This document shows positions 12,211 to 23,799 of a stretch of DNA of 64,000 nt, one piece after another. The notes under the pieces were generated by a model. That model made no database searches. It was given only the letters and a program-made list of their open reading frames with translations, and had not been told where the DNA came from. The position numbers and the translations under genes are program-made. Within the stretch, counting starts at the first letter, position 1. Every line of letters begins with the position of its first letter. The DNA is from Mobula hypostoma (lineage: Eukaryota): assembly GCF_963921235.1 (NCBI RefSeq), contig NC_086097.1:176392001-176456000 (forward strand), given 5' to 3'.

Positions 12211-12951
12211 GGTGGAGCTTAGTTATGATGGTACTAAATGCCGATACCTTTGCTTGCATCTTTGGAAGCAGCTCTACTTCCATCTTTAATATCTCTACTT
12301 TTCTTTTCAGGGTTCTTCTGAAGACCTTGACCTGCAGTTACATGCTGACTTTGGTTCTTTGTGGGAGTGGGACCTGCTCTCCGGGTTTCACGACTGGCCG
12401 TTATTCGACATTCCAAGGATGCGGCATGAGAGCTTAGCTCGCCTTTGGGGGCCTGGGATCTTGTGGCTCTGGAGACGGGCAGATCGAAGGTCGGTGTCCT
12501 GGCAGGAAATCAGTGTGTTGTGGGAATACGGACTTTTGACATCGTAAACCAGTGAGTTGTTTGTGATGTCTCCCCTCTTGCTGTGAAACGGAGACACCCC
12601 TTTCTCCCTTATTAGGGAGAAAGAGAGCCTGTGGTATGTCAAATACTGGGTGAACGAGTAGTCTTTGGGGTACTGCAAGTCTGTGTCTTTGCTGTTGCTT
12701 TGCTGCATGCTTGAGTGCTCAGTGGTGGGTGCCGATACCTTTTCTTTGCTGTTGGGGGGGAGGGGAGAATCATTGCTTTGCTGCTGCTTGTGAATAGGAG
12801 GGAGGGGAGCTGGGGGAGGATTTGGGGTTCTAACATTTAACTGTCATTCATTCCTTGGGGGCACTCCTCTGTTTTCATGGATGGTTGTGAAGAAAAAGCA
12901 TTTCAGGATGTATATTGTATACATTTCTCTGACTTTAAATGTACCTTTGAA
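12211..12951 (+). mobile_element. Non-coding ~740 bp retroposon (same family as 60661-61495)
   Basis: Colinear end to end with the reverse complement of 60661-61495. It ends with CATTTCAGGATGTATATTGTATACATTTCTCTGAC..TAAATGTACCTTTGAA and has no recognisable ORF. Confidence 0.8.
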
Positions 12952-13130
12952 AGTGTTTATTTAATGGAGAGCCATTCAATAGTCTTATAACAGAGGATAG
13001 ATGCTGTCTGGTGGTATGTGTTTTCAGGTTTTTGTATCTTCTGCCCGATGAAGAGAGGAGAAGAAAGAACATCTGAAATAGGTGGGGTCTTTGATTATGT
13101 TGACTCCTTTACTGAGGCAGCAAGAAGTGT

Positions 13131-16100
13131 ACAAAGTACAAAGTACATTTATTATCGAAGTATGTATACTATACACAACTGTAACACCCTGGTTAAGATT
13201 TTACTGCTAATGTGGTACGGTATTTCATTTAATGGTTTTCTATAGAAGCAGTGTGTTCTTCTGGTAGTTTTCGGGAGGGATTGTGATGTCCGTGCTTGGG
13301 AATGTAGTGTCATCCAATCAGGATGGTGAAATTGGGAGAAGATTTTAGAGAATGTCAGGCGAAGAGGTTTTTGTGATGGATATTGGGATGGGTTGAGGTC
13401 TTTTTGGCAGGAGATGGAGAGAACTGGGCATAGCACTTGATCCAACAAGAATGTGCGATCGATGGAGTCCAAGAGGGAAATCCTGCCGGTGATCAGTGAA
13501 TAGGAGATGGCGCGGTGCATACATCGGACACTTAAGCTTTTGGAAGGTTTGAGCTCCAACCTTGTGAACATTTGACTGTTTTAATTATGATGGGCCCTTT
13601 AATTTTTTTCTTCTTTAATAACGGTTTGGTTAAGCTAACATTCATAAATATACTTTCTTTATAATTGTATGTAGTGTACAGGCTGTTATTTCTTGCCGAT
13701 GGGTCAATGCATGGGGGCTGTAGTTACACAGTATTCACACAGATTGAGGTTTGGGTGGGGGAGACATCCCAACTTCCTGGGTTTGATGGAACCCGAGTCA
13801 TATCCACCCTAGATGTTCGGAGTTTGAGAAAGGTGGTTTTTCTCACCACTGAGTCAAGTGGCTGTTAGTGAGGGGTTAACAAGCTGCATCTCTAGAGACA
13901 CCCGGTGAAGAGAAGTTTCAGTGATGGTGTGATTCAAAGAGGGTACTCGTAACTAAGGCTTGTGTTCTGAGCGGGGCAGATATTCACAGCCCAGATTAAT
14001 TGCTGATTAGTTTTAAGTTGTGTTCCAGTATTAGGGAAAGTTACGATCGTGGAACGGCAGTTTGACCAAACAGTGGGCAAAGGTGTCGTTTTAGTTCAGG
14101 CTAGCAATGATGTGATGGGAGTTATATTTGGTGCACCTGGAGAGGAGGGGCCATGCAGTCTTCATACTTTCAGAGAGAGGGTGGTGTAGGTGAAGGTTCT
14201 GAATTGGAAGTTGAGTCTCCCGTAGCTGAGGGTGGAGACTTTAAAGACAGGTTGCTCTCGTTTCTGTGGATTGAGGGGAAGGAGTGGTCGGATGTGGAGG
14301 GTCAAGTGAATCCTTCAGCGAAGAGTGCAAATTCTGAGTTGGTATCGGCAATTACATCCTAGGTGGATAAATGCAGAGTGCACTGGTAGAGAGTCAAAAT
14401 TATCATAGGTTTAGAATGTTCTCGGGAATGAAGCCCACCCCTGAGGGGGAAGAGGAATATGAGATTTGGACAGAGCAGACATCTCAGATGTTGGATGAGT
14501 GGCAGTGCTCCAATAACGTGAAAAGACAGCAAGTGGTATTCGGGTTACCGTTAAAAATAAGGTGTTGTGATGTTCATGCTTAGGAATGTGGTGTCATCCA
14601 ATCAGGGTGGTGGAATTGGGAGAAGATTCTATAAAACGCTGGGTGGAGAGGTTTTTGTGGCGGACACTGGGGTTGGTCAAGGTCTTTTCACAGAAGATGG
14701 AGAAAGAAGAAGTTTTAGAGAACTGGCCATAGGATTCAATCCACCAGGAATGCATGGTTCTATGGAGTCCAAGAGGGAAATCCTGCCGGTGATCAGTGAA
14801 TAGGAGATGGCGCGGTGCGTACATCGGACACATCAGCTTTTAGAAGGTTTGAGCTCCAACCTTGTGAACATTTGACTGTTTTAATTATGATGGTCCCTTT
14901 AATTTTTTTCTTCTTTAATAACGGTTTGGTCAAGCTAACATTCATAAATATACTTTCATTATAATTGTATGTAGTGTACGGGCTGTTATTTCTTGCCGAT
15001 GGGTCATTGCATGGGGGTTGTAGTTACACAGTATTCATACAGATCGGGGTTCAGCTGGGCAAGACATCCACCTTCCTGGGTTTGGTGGGATACACGTCAT
15101 ACCAACCCTAGACATACGAAGTTTGAGAAAGGTTTTCTCACCACTGAGTCCAGTGGCTGTTAACGAGGGGCTATCGAGCCGCATCTCTAGAGGGGCCCAG
15201 TAAAAAGGGGACTCACTACCTTGAAGTTTGTCTCCTCACAGGCAGTCATAAAACAACGAAACCCAACAGAATCCATAAAAAAAAGGCCATCAAACATTCA
15301 ATATGCAGAAAAAACCAAGCCATATAAACAATAAAAGTAAGCAAATAACATTCAGAACTGAAGCTCGCAGAAGTGAGTCCACAGCGGTGAAGCCAGTCAT
15401 CACGACAGCTGGTCCAGGAGCCCGCTAGTTTCAGGCCACAGCCTCAGTTCAGTGCAGACCTCGCAGAGCAACGAGCTGAACTAGCACGTCCCTCACCTCT
15501 GCCCCAACATCCTGACATTTTCAATTTGGCCCGGCACTTAAATTGATCAAACCATGGGTCGTTCCTTGCTCTCGGACCAGGGCCTGCAGCTTCTATACAC
15601 TCTTGGGCCTGGGCCCTGCCGTCTTGATTTAGCCTGTTCCACAGCTTTACTATTCGGTCTGGTGCTTATTTCGATCAAACCTTGGGTCGTTCCTTGTTCT
15701 CGGACCTGACTCCTCTTGCTACTATATGCTCTTGGGCCTGGGCCCTGCTGTCTCAATTTAGCCTGTTCCTCACCTTTCCAATTTGGCCCAGTGCTTAAAT
15801 CAATCAAATATCGGGCTTTTCCTTGCTCTTGGGCCCATGCCTGGGTCTTGCCCCCTCAACTCTGCCTCGCCTTGGTTAAGCCATGTCGAATTGCCTCCAA
15901 GTCCGCTTCAGAAATGGTCAAAAATCGGCTCACTTCCCCACTCTTGGGCCTGGGCTCCACGGCCTTGATACACCATGCCACAACCACCTGGCACCTTTGA
16001 GGGATCAGTTCACACTGCAGAAATACCTGATTGTATAGCCCGTTCAAAAGCTGAGCTCTGACAGGGAAGCTACAGGCTATTGTTTCTAGTGATTGAAAAA

Positions 16101-16175
16101 GTGTGATTAGTGAAGTAGTTAGTCGTTTTGTTTGTCTTGTTTCCTACCAGCAAGTTGTCGCTGAGCCATCTGAAA
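13131..16175 (-). mobile_element. Non-coding retroposon with Rex1-like tail, interrupted by a Gypsy relic; internal ~128 bp triplication at about 15520-15870
   Basis: The tail at 13131-13179 resumes at 15220. TCAAA...GGG....CCTTG.TCT.GG recurs at 15547, 15675 and 15804. The 5' end is AGATGGCTC near 16170. Confidence 0.6.
13180..15219 (+). mobile_element. Internally deleted Gypsy LTR retrotransposon with a PNMA-like gag remnant
   Basis: Direct repeats at about 13180-13925 (starting TGTAACA) and 14540-15219 (5'-truncated). The internal ORF 14371-14583 reads YHRFRMFSGMKPTPEGEEEYEIWTEQTSQMLDEWQCS..VKRQ, matching the PNMA-type capsid motif. Confidence 0.85.
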
Positions 16176-16904
16176 CCAGAAGGAGTCCATAGAAGGAGAC
16201 TATGAAGGGGAAACTGGTTTATGTGATGTGCTGAGCTTTGCCCTTAACTCTCAGCAGTTTCTTGTGGTTACATGCAGAGCAGTTGACATATGAAGCCATG
16301 ATGCATCTGGAAATGATGATACCTAAGGTGCATCCATAAAAACTGATGGGGATATAGGGGACATGCCAAATTTCTTTAGCCTCCCGAAGAAGTAGAGACA
16401 GTAGAGAGTTTTCTTGGCAGTAGTGCCTTTATGGTTAGACCAGGACAGTTTATTTGTGTTGGTCACTCCTAAGAACTTGAAGATCTTAATCCGCTCAACC
16501 TTAGCACCATTCATGTAAACACGAGCATGTGCGCCACCATATTCCTGAAGTCAATGCTGGTCGTTGCTTTGCTGATGTTGAGGGAAAGGTTGTTGTCATG
16601 ACGCCATATCTCCTTCCTGTACTCTCACCGGTATTTGAGTATTGATCCACTACAGTGGTATCATCTGAAAACATGTCGGTGGAGTTAGAGCAGAATGTAG
16701 CCACACATTCATGGGTATATAGGGAGTAGATAGGGTGCATCCTTGTTTAGAGTAATTATGACAGAGATGTTGCTACATACACTTGCTGATTGTGTTCTAT
16801 TGAGATCACTTGAGGTCAGAGACACAGAATATGGGTTGAGTGGAAGGGAGAGGTTACTTTTGGATTGGTGTAAATACACAGTGCATTTATACCATGACAA
16901 TATA

Positions 16905-18480
16905 CAGGTGTCCCCCGCTTTTCAAACATTTGCTTTATGAAACCTCACTGTTACGAAAGACCTACATTAATATCCTGTTTTCGCTAACAGAAGGTGTTTT
17001 CACTGTTACGAAAAAAGCAGTGCGTGAAAAAAATCAGCGCATGATAAAAAGCAGCGCGCGAAAAAAGGCAGCACGCACTCCAAGCAGCCGCTCTCCCCTG
17101 GATTCGGAACTGCATTCTCGCCGGCATTACTTAAACACGTGCCTGTGAGCAGTCATTTGCAAGATGAGTTCTGTGGTATCGGAAAAGTCTGAAAGAGCTC
17201 ATAAGGGTGTTACACTTAGCGTAAAACTAGACATAATTAAGCGTTTGGATCATGGTGAATGAAGTAAAGAGAAAGTGAGTTTGCCTTGTGGAAGCTGACA
17301 AAGATGATGTTGAAGAGGTTTTGGCATCCCATGACCAAGAACTGATAGATAAAGAGCTGATGCAATTGGAAGAGGAAAGGATAACAATCGAAACCGAATG
17401 AGTAATGATAAAGTACAACTTTAATTTTGAAAGGGTACATAGGTTTAGAGGATATTTGCAGGATGGTTTGAGTGCTTACAAAGAACTGTATGATCTAAAA
17501 ATGCGCGAGGCTCAGCAGTCAAGCAAGCCTTCCACATCAGCCACAGCAGACGACGAACCTCGACCTTCGACATCGAGGCAGGCAGAGATAGAAGAAGATG
17601 AGCTGCCTGCTCTAATGGAAACAGACGACGATGAGGTGACACCCCAGTGTCCCACCACCCCAACACCCAGGCCGCGGACAGATACCGATTCGCGGAGAAT
17701 GCAGTGGTAACTGGGAGACATACAGCACATCGTTAAGAAAAAAGCGAAATAAACATGCTAATTAATTAGGTGCCACCCAACATGTAATTGTCGGCCCAGA
17801 TCAGAGGCAATGCAATTGGCAATTGGCACTGATCTGGGCTGACAATTACGTGCCGGGCGGCGCCTAATTAATTAGCTTTTTTATTTCGGCTTTTTTCTTA
17901 AAGATGTGCTGGGTGCCTCCCGGCTACCGCTGCATTCTCCGCGAATCGGTATCTGTTCGCTGCCGGAGGGTGGGGGCCACTGCACCACCCAAACTCCAAT
18001 GACTCAGTCTAACACACCATCATCAGTGTGCTTGACGCTGTCCCAATTCCAGTAAGTGATACTACACTGTACATTGATGATTTCTACTTTATATCGGCTG
18101 TGTATTTTTATGTGTTATTTGGTATGATTTGGCAGCTTCATAGCTTAAAGGTTACTGGAGAGCGCTTGCGCCGTATTTTTGCCGACGGCGCTTGCGTGAG
18201 ATTTTTGCAACGGAGAACAGTGCGACAATGATTGTGGAAAAGTATTTCTACTTTATATAAGCCGTGTATTTATCATATCATTCCTGCTTTTACTATATTT
18301 TACTGTTATTTTAGGTTTTATGTGTTATTTGGCATGATTTGGTAGGTTACTTTTGGGTCTGCGAACGCTCACAAAATTTTCCCATTTAAATAAATGGTAA
18401 TTGCTTCTTTGCTTTACGACATTCCGGCTTACGAACCGTTTCATAGGAACACTCTGCCTTCGGATGGCGGGGGAAACCTG
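16905..18480 (+). mobile_element. Internally deleted Tigger (pogo-like) DNA transposon
   Basis: TA duplication at 16903-04 and 18481-82. TIRs CAGGTGTCCCCCGC / GCGGGGGAAACCTG (13 of 14 match). A CENP-B-type N-terminal HTH remnant (KGVTLSVKLDIIKRLDHGE) at about 17200-17260 is joined to C-terminal remnants (DDVEEVLASHDQEL; NFERVHRF...AYKELY). Confidence 0.9.
17674..17960. repeat. ~287 bp imperfect inverted repeat inside the Tigger
   Basis: GCGGACAGATACCGATTCGCGGAGAATGCAG...GCCCAGATCAG pairs with CTGATCTGGGC...CTGCATTCTCCGCGAATCGGTATCTGTTCGC around a ~25 nt loop. Confidence 0.9.
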
Positions 18481-19074
18481 TACCATAATGCCATGGACTT
18501 GTGCGTACAGCACAGAAACAGGCCCTTCAGCCCACCATGCCCATTCTGACCATTGTACTATATGTGTCTCATTTACTCATATTTGTCCCATAGCCTAATA
18601 GGGCTCAAAATACAGAGCACTTACATCATCAAAACTCTTCATTATTGCTTTCTCTTCTCATGACAAATTGAGTCAATTTTCTTTGAGCCTTTGAATTTTT
18701 CTCCCACTGATTGAAACTTGCTTTAATTTGCTCCCTCCACTGACAGACAGAAGTGTTGGAGGCGTACACCCTTGCCAAGAATCCCCAGTAACTGCCATTC
18801 CAGACGAACCCTCAGAGGTCAATCCCAGGACCTCCATCTGAAGGCCTTGCCATGGGTTAAATAATGGGTTAATTTTGGTTCAGAACTACGTAAAGGCAAC
18901 CTACCTTGACTGACAGCTGTCACTGTGAGCTGCCGATAAAATGACTGCATAAGAATGAACTTGGATCGATGAGTTTTAGCTCATGCATAAACATTTATGG
19001 AAGACAATATCGGTTTGATCCCTTTGAAATCCCACTTACTGTCACAAGTACACAAAATGACATCTAAATTTGCT

Positions 19075-19565
19075 AAAGAGCTATATTATTGAAAGCATCC
19101 TGTCTGAATACATCATGGTTTTGTACAGCAACTGCACTGCCTGGGAATCTAAGAAACTGCAGAGAGTTGTGGACACAGCTCAGCAGATCAGGGATACCAG
19201 TCTCTCATCCATGGACTCTGTCTACACTTCCTACCCCCTCATGGACCCCTACCCCCCAGATAATCTCTCTTCTGCCCCCTCCTATTGGGCAGCAGATACA
19301 ATAGCCTGACAGCAAGTGCCACCAAGACCAGGGTGATATAAGAACATTGAATGGTTCTCATATGATAAGATGGCCTCACACTCTACCTCATTATGGCCTT
19401 GCACCTTACTGTCTGTCTGCACTGCACTTTCTCTCTGACTGTAACACTTTATTCTGTATTCTTTTATTGTTTTTCGCTTGCATTGAAATCATTTGCAAAA
19501 TGATTGCAAAGCTTAAGTTTTCATTATATCTCGGTACATGTGACAATAATAAACAAATTCCATTT
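19075..19565 (+). mobile_element. Rex1/Babar-like 3' fragment
   Basis: ORF 19070-19309 reads IESILSEYIMVLYSNCT..KKLQRVV.TAQ; the tail is GTGACAATAATAAAC. Confidence 0.8.
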
Positions 19566-19604
19566 TTTCCAATCTTGGAAAAGTTAGTGCATCTGTTTTC
19601 ATGA

Positions 19605-19930
19605 CTCCATTGAGTCAAGTTCAGTCCTGACCTTGGGTGCTGACTCTGAACTTTGCACACTCTCCTTGTGACCACATGGGTTTCCCCAGGTGCTGCAATT
19701 TCCTCCCATCCTCCCATATCCCAAAGATGTGCAGGTTGGAAGGTCAATTGACCACTGAAAATTGCCTCTGCTGTGTCGGTGTGTGGCAGAATCTGGGGGG
19801 CAGGGGGAAGAATTGGTGGGAGTGTGGCGAGAATAAAATGGGATTAATGTAGAGTTAGTATAAATAGATGATTACTGGTTGGTTTGGACTCTAAGGAGAT
19901 GCACCTGTACTGTATGATATTATGAATCTA
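19605..19930 (+). mobile_element. V-SINE (HE1-like)
   Basis: V-domain TTTGCACACTCTCCTTGTGACCACATGGGTTTCCCCAGGTGCT...CCCAAAGATGTGCAGGTTGG. Confidence 0.7.
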
Positions 19931-20039
19931 TCATCTGTTTTTTCTTTCATAGCAATATTGATTAACATTTGGAATACTAACTAAAACATTTACAATGGAT
20001 TATAGGATGATTTTAGTTTGGTTAATTGATAATTAAAGC

Positions 20040-22100
20040 AGCCATAGACGAGTGTGTCCCCACAAAATCATTCAGAGTCTTCCCCAAACAGAAGCCCGAG
20101 TTGAACCATGAGATCTGCAGTCTGCTGAGGACTGATCAGTGGCATTCAGGTCTGGTGACCAAGTAAAAGGGGTGCAGGTATGCTATCTCACGTGTGAAGT
20201 GGCAATTCCAGACCAGTCTTCAATCACTGAAGGATGCTGGACAGCAGGGCTTGAATGCTATCACCTCTTACAAAGTGAAACCAAGCGACATAGGTGACAG
20301 CAACATTTTGTTTCCAGATGAGTTCAATGCCTTTTATGCTCAGTTTGACCATCAAAGCCTGGAGGCACCTTCACAAACTCCCACAGCCCTTTGATGACCC
20401 TGCAATTTCAGTCTCCAAGGCTGACATGAGGGCATTCTTCTCGAGGGTGAACCCACAGAAAGCATCCAGTCCAGTTGGGGTACTTGGCCAACTACTAAAC
20501 ACCTGTGCTGATCAACTGGCTGGAGTATTCACTGAGATCTTTAATTCCTCACTTCGTCAGTCTGAGGTACCCACCTGCTTCAAGTAGGTTTCAACTGTAC
20601 CGGTGCCTATGAAGAATGTGGTAACCTTTCTCAATGAGTATCGTCCAGTAGCACTTACATCCATAGTGAGGAAGTGTTTTGAGAGGTTGGTGATGAAAAA
20701 TAACAATTCCTACCTGAGAAGTGTCTTGGATCCACTCTAATTTGCCTACTGTCACAGCAAGTCAAAAGCAGATGCCATTTCATTGGGTCTTCACTCAACC
20801 CTGGAACATGTGGACAGCAAAGATGTATACATCAGGATGCTCTTCATTGACTACAACTTGGCATTCAATAGCTTCAGGACCTTGGCCTCAATAACCCCTT
20901 ATGCAACTGGATGTTCGATTTCCTCGCTTGGAGACCCCAGTCAGTTTGGATTGGCAACAACATTTCCTCCACAATCTCCATCAGCAAAGTGCACCACAAG
21001 GCTGTGTGCTTAGCCCTCTGCTCTACTCACTTTACACTTATGACTGTAAAGCTAAGATAGCTCCAATGTCATATTTAAGTTTGTTGATGACATCACTGTC
21101 GTTGGCTGAATCAAAGGTGGTGACAAATTAGCAAATAAAAGGGAGATTGAAAATCTGGCTGAGTGATGCCACAAGAACAACCTCTCACTCAATGTCACCA
21201 AGATCAAGGAGATGATAATTGATTTCAGGTGGAGGAAACCAGAGGTCCATGAGCCAGTCCTCATCAGAATATCAGAAGTGGAGGGGGTCAGCAACTTTAA
21301 ATTTCTCAGTGTTATCACTTCAGAGGATCTGTCCTGGGTCCAACACAGTAGTGCCATTACGAGTAAAGCATAGCAGTGCTTCTGCTTTCCTAGAAGTTTG
21401 CAAAGATTTGGCATGTCATCTAAAACTTTGACAAGCTTTTATAGATGTGTGGAAAGTATATTGACAGGCTGCACCGTGGCCTGGTATGGAAATTCCAATG
21501 TCCTTAAATGGAAAAACCTGCAAAAAAAAAGTGGATATGACCCAGTTCATCAGGGATAGCACCCTCCCTCCTATTGAGCACATCTACAGGGAGTGCTGTT
21601 GCAGGAGAACAGCATCCACCATCAAAGTCACCAGCCATCCAGGACATGCTCTCTTCTCGCTGCTACCATCAGGAAGAAGATACAGGAGTCCCAGGACCAA
21701 CACTACAAGGCTCAGGGAACAGTTATTACCTGTCAACCATCAGTTTCTTGAACCAGAGAGGATAACTTCACTGAACTTCACTTGCCCCATCACTGAACTG
21801 TTCTCACAATCTCTGGACTCTCTTTCAAGGACTCTTCATCTCATGTTCTTGATATCTATAGTTTATTTATTATTATTATTACTATTTCCATTTTTTCCTT
21901 TCTGTATTCACGCAGTTTGTTGTCCTTTGCACATTGATTGTTTGTCCTGTTGGTTGAGGTCTTTTATGGATTCTATCGTGCGTCTTGTATTTATTGTGAA
22001 TGCCCGCAGAAAAATGAATCTCAGGTTTGTATATGGTGACTTATACTGTATGTATTTTGATAATAAATTTACCTTGAACTTGGAACTTTGAACTTCAAAT
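20040..22100 (+). mobile_element. Rex1/Babar-like LINE, ~2 kb degraded RT and 3' UTR
   Basis: Fragments include [56 protein letters not shown] and HPGHALFSLLPSGRRYRS, with a (TTGAAC)n tail and many stops and frameshifts. Confidence 0.9.
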
Positions 22101-23299
22101 TGGTTTATTATTGCCCCATGTACCAAGGAACAAGGAAAACGATTTTGTATGTCATCTATACATACTGTTTGACAACCCCAGTCCATTGAGATAGTACAAT
22201 GGAAAAGCAGTAACAGAATGCGGAATATAAAACTTTATAATTATAGGTAAAGTGCATTGCAGGTAGATAATGAGATGCAAGGCCATGGGTTTTATTGTAC
22301 AAGTGTACCATTCAATAGTCTTAGAACAGAAGGATAGAAGCTGTCTTTGAGCCTGGCAGTATGAGCTTTCAGGCATTTGCTTCAGGATTAGTAGGGAAAG
22401 CAGAAGATCTCCAGCCTTCTTGGGTAGAGGACCTCAAAGACTCATCACCCTCTGCATGAATAAATTTCATCCATTCTCGCATGTCTGGACAACCTTTGAT
22501 TTGAGATATGAGGTAATACCTTCTGGTTCTGCATAATGCAGTCTGAAAAATTCATTATCTCAACATCCATTTTGTCGAGCACTGTAAGAATTTAATAGGC
22601 TCACCCTTGTTCTTCTAACCTCAAGATAATGTAGTCCCATTCTGCCTGCTCTCTCCTTCTACCATGTGCAGTACTTGGGGTTAGAAATGCTAATGTTAGC
22701 TTCAACATAGGTACCCAAGACATGGATGCAGAAATCAAAGCTATACCAAGTGTGCAGTCAGTGACAACCCCAACTAAACCAAAACTTTGCTCTAATCAAT
22801 ATTTTACTTTATTTTATCATTAACAGACACTTCAGTAAAGCTTTACGGTTGGTAATTAATTGCAAGGTTAATGATCTCTTGCTGTGTAAATTAATTACTA
22901 ATGCCATTCAATAATACACACATTAGTTTGCCTGTCTGATGCAAGTGTTACTTACACCAACAAATTAACAGTAGCTCTTTTTTCATTAACATTTTGTAGA
23001 GTCGTTATACATCATTTGTAAATAGCAACACAGACATGAAAACTTGCTTCTGGCAGATGTACATTAATGTGCTCTTTACGCATTCTACTCCTTTTGCAAA
23101 TGCATGTTACATAAGAACAAAGGAAGTAGAAACAGATTTGCCCGCTTGCACAACATCCACTAAGAACATTGGTTATTTTTATCCTCAATAGCTTTTTCCC
23201 AGCCTAGCACTATATCCCTTAATATGTAAATCTAATCACCCTCTATTTTGAATACACTCATCAGTTGAGTCTTCATGTTCTCTTATCCACAGAATTCCA

Positions 23300-23790
23300 A
23301 AGGTACATCATCCATAAATTTGTTGACGGCACTGTTGTTGTTGGCAGAATATCGGATGGTGAAAAGGAGGTATGTAGGAGTGAGATAGGACAGGAGGCTG
23401 AATGCTGTCACACCAACCTTGCATTCAACAGCAGAAAAACCAAAGAATTGTTTGTGAACTTCAGGAACGTGAAGTTTAGAACACACACATCAGTCCTCAA
23501 TGATGGCACAGCGGTGGAAAGCGTGGGAAGTTTTAGGTTCATAAGACCATAAAACATAGGAACAGAGTTAAGCCATTTGGCTCATTGAGTTTGCTCTGTC
23601 ATTCTATCAAGGCTAACTTATTACCCCTCTCAATCCCACTCTCCTGCCTTCTCCCTGAAAACTTCGACACCCTGATTAATCAAGAGCCTATCACACACCT
23701 TAAGTATACCCAATGACTTGGCAATGAATTCCACAGATTCACACCCTTTGGTGAAAGAAACGTTGAGGTTGTGCCCTCCGGTCCTAGATC
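23300..23790. mobile_element. Rex1 RT fragment (+, 23300-23540) abutting a CR1 3' end (-, 23545-23790)
   Basis: IHKFVDGTVVVGRISDG motif, followed by a reverse-complement CR1 tail (CATAAGACCATAAAACATAGG). Confidence 0.65.
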
Positions 23791-23799
23791 CTCTCAGAT

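Larger units (their letters stand above)
12025..16740 (-). mobile_element. Old Rex1/Babar-like LINE split by nested insertions
   Basis: Tail at 12025-12205, continuation at 12952-13130, and RT remnant at 16175-16740 (FSDDTTVV; FKFLGVT..NKLSWSNH; LYFFGRLKKFGMSP). Confidence 0.7.

Noticed and set aside
14371..14583. Domesticated PNMA gene
   Set aside because: It has upstream stops, is truncated, and sits between LTRs.
21486..22091. 201 aa ORF with a hydrophobic tail
   Set aside because: It is a Rex1 C-terminus frameshifted into its T-rich 3' UTR.
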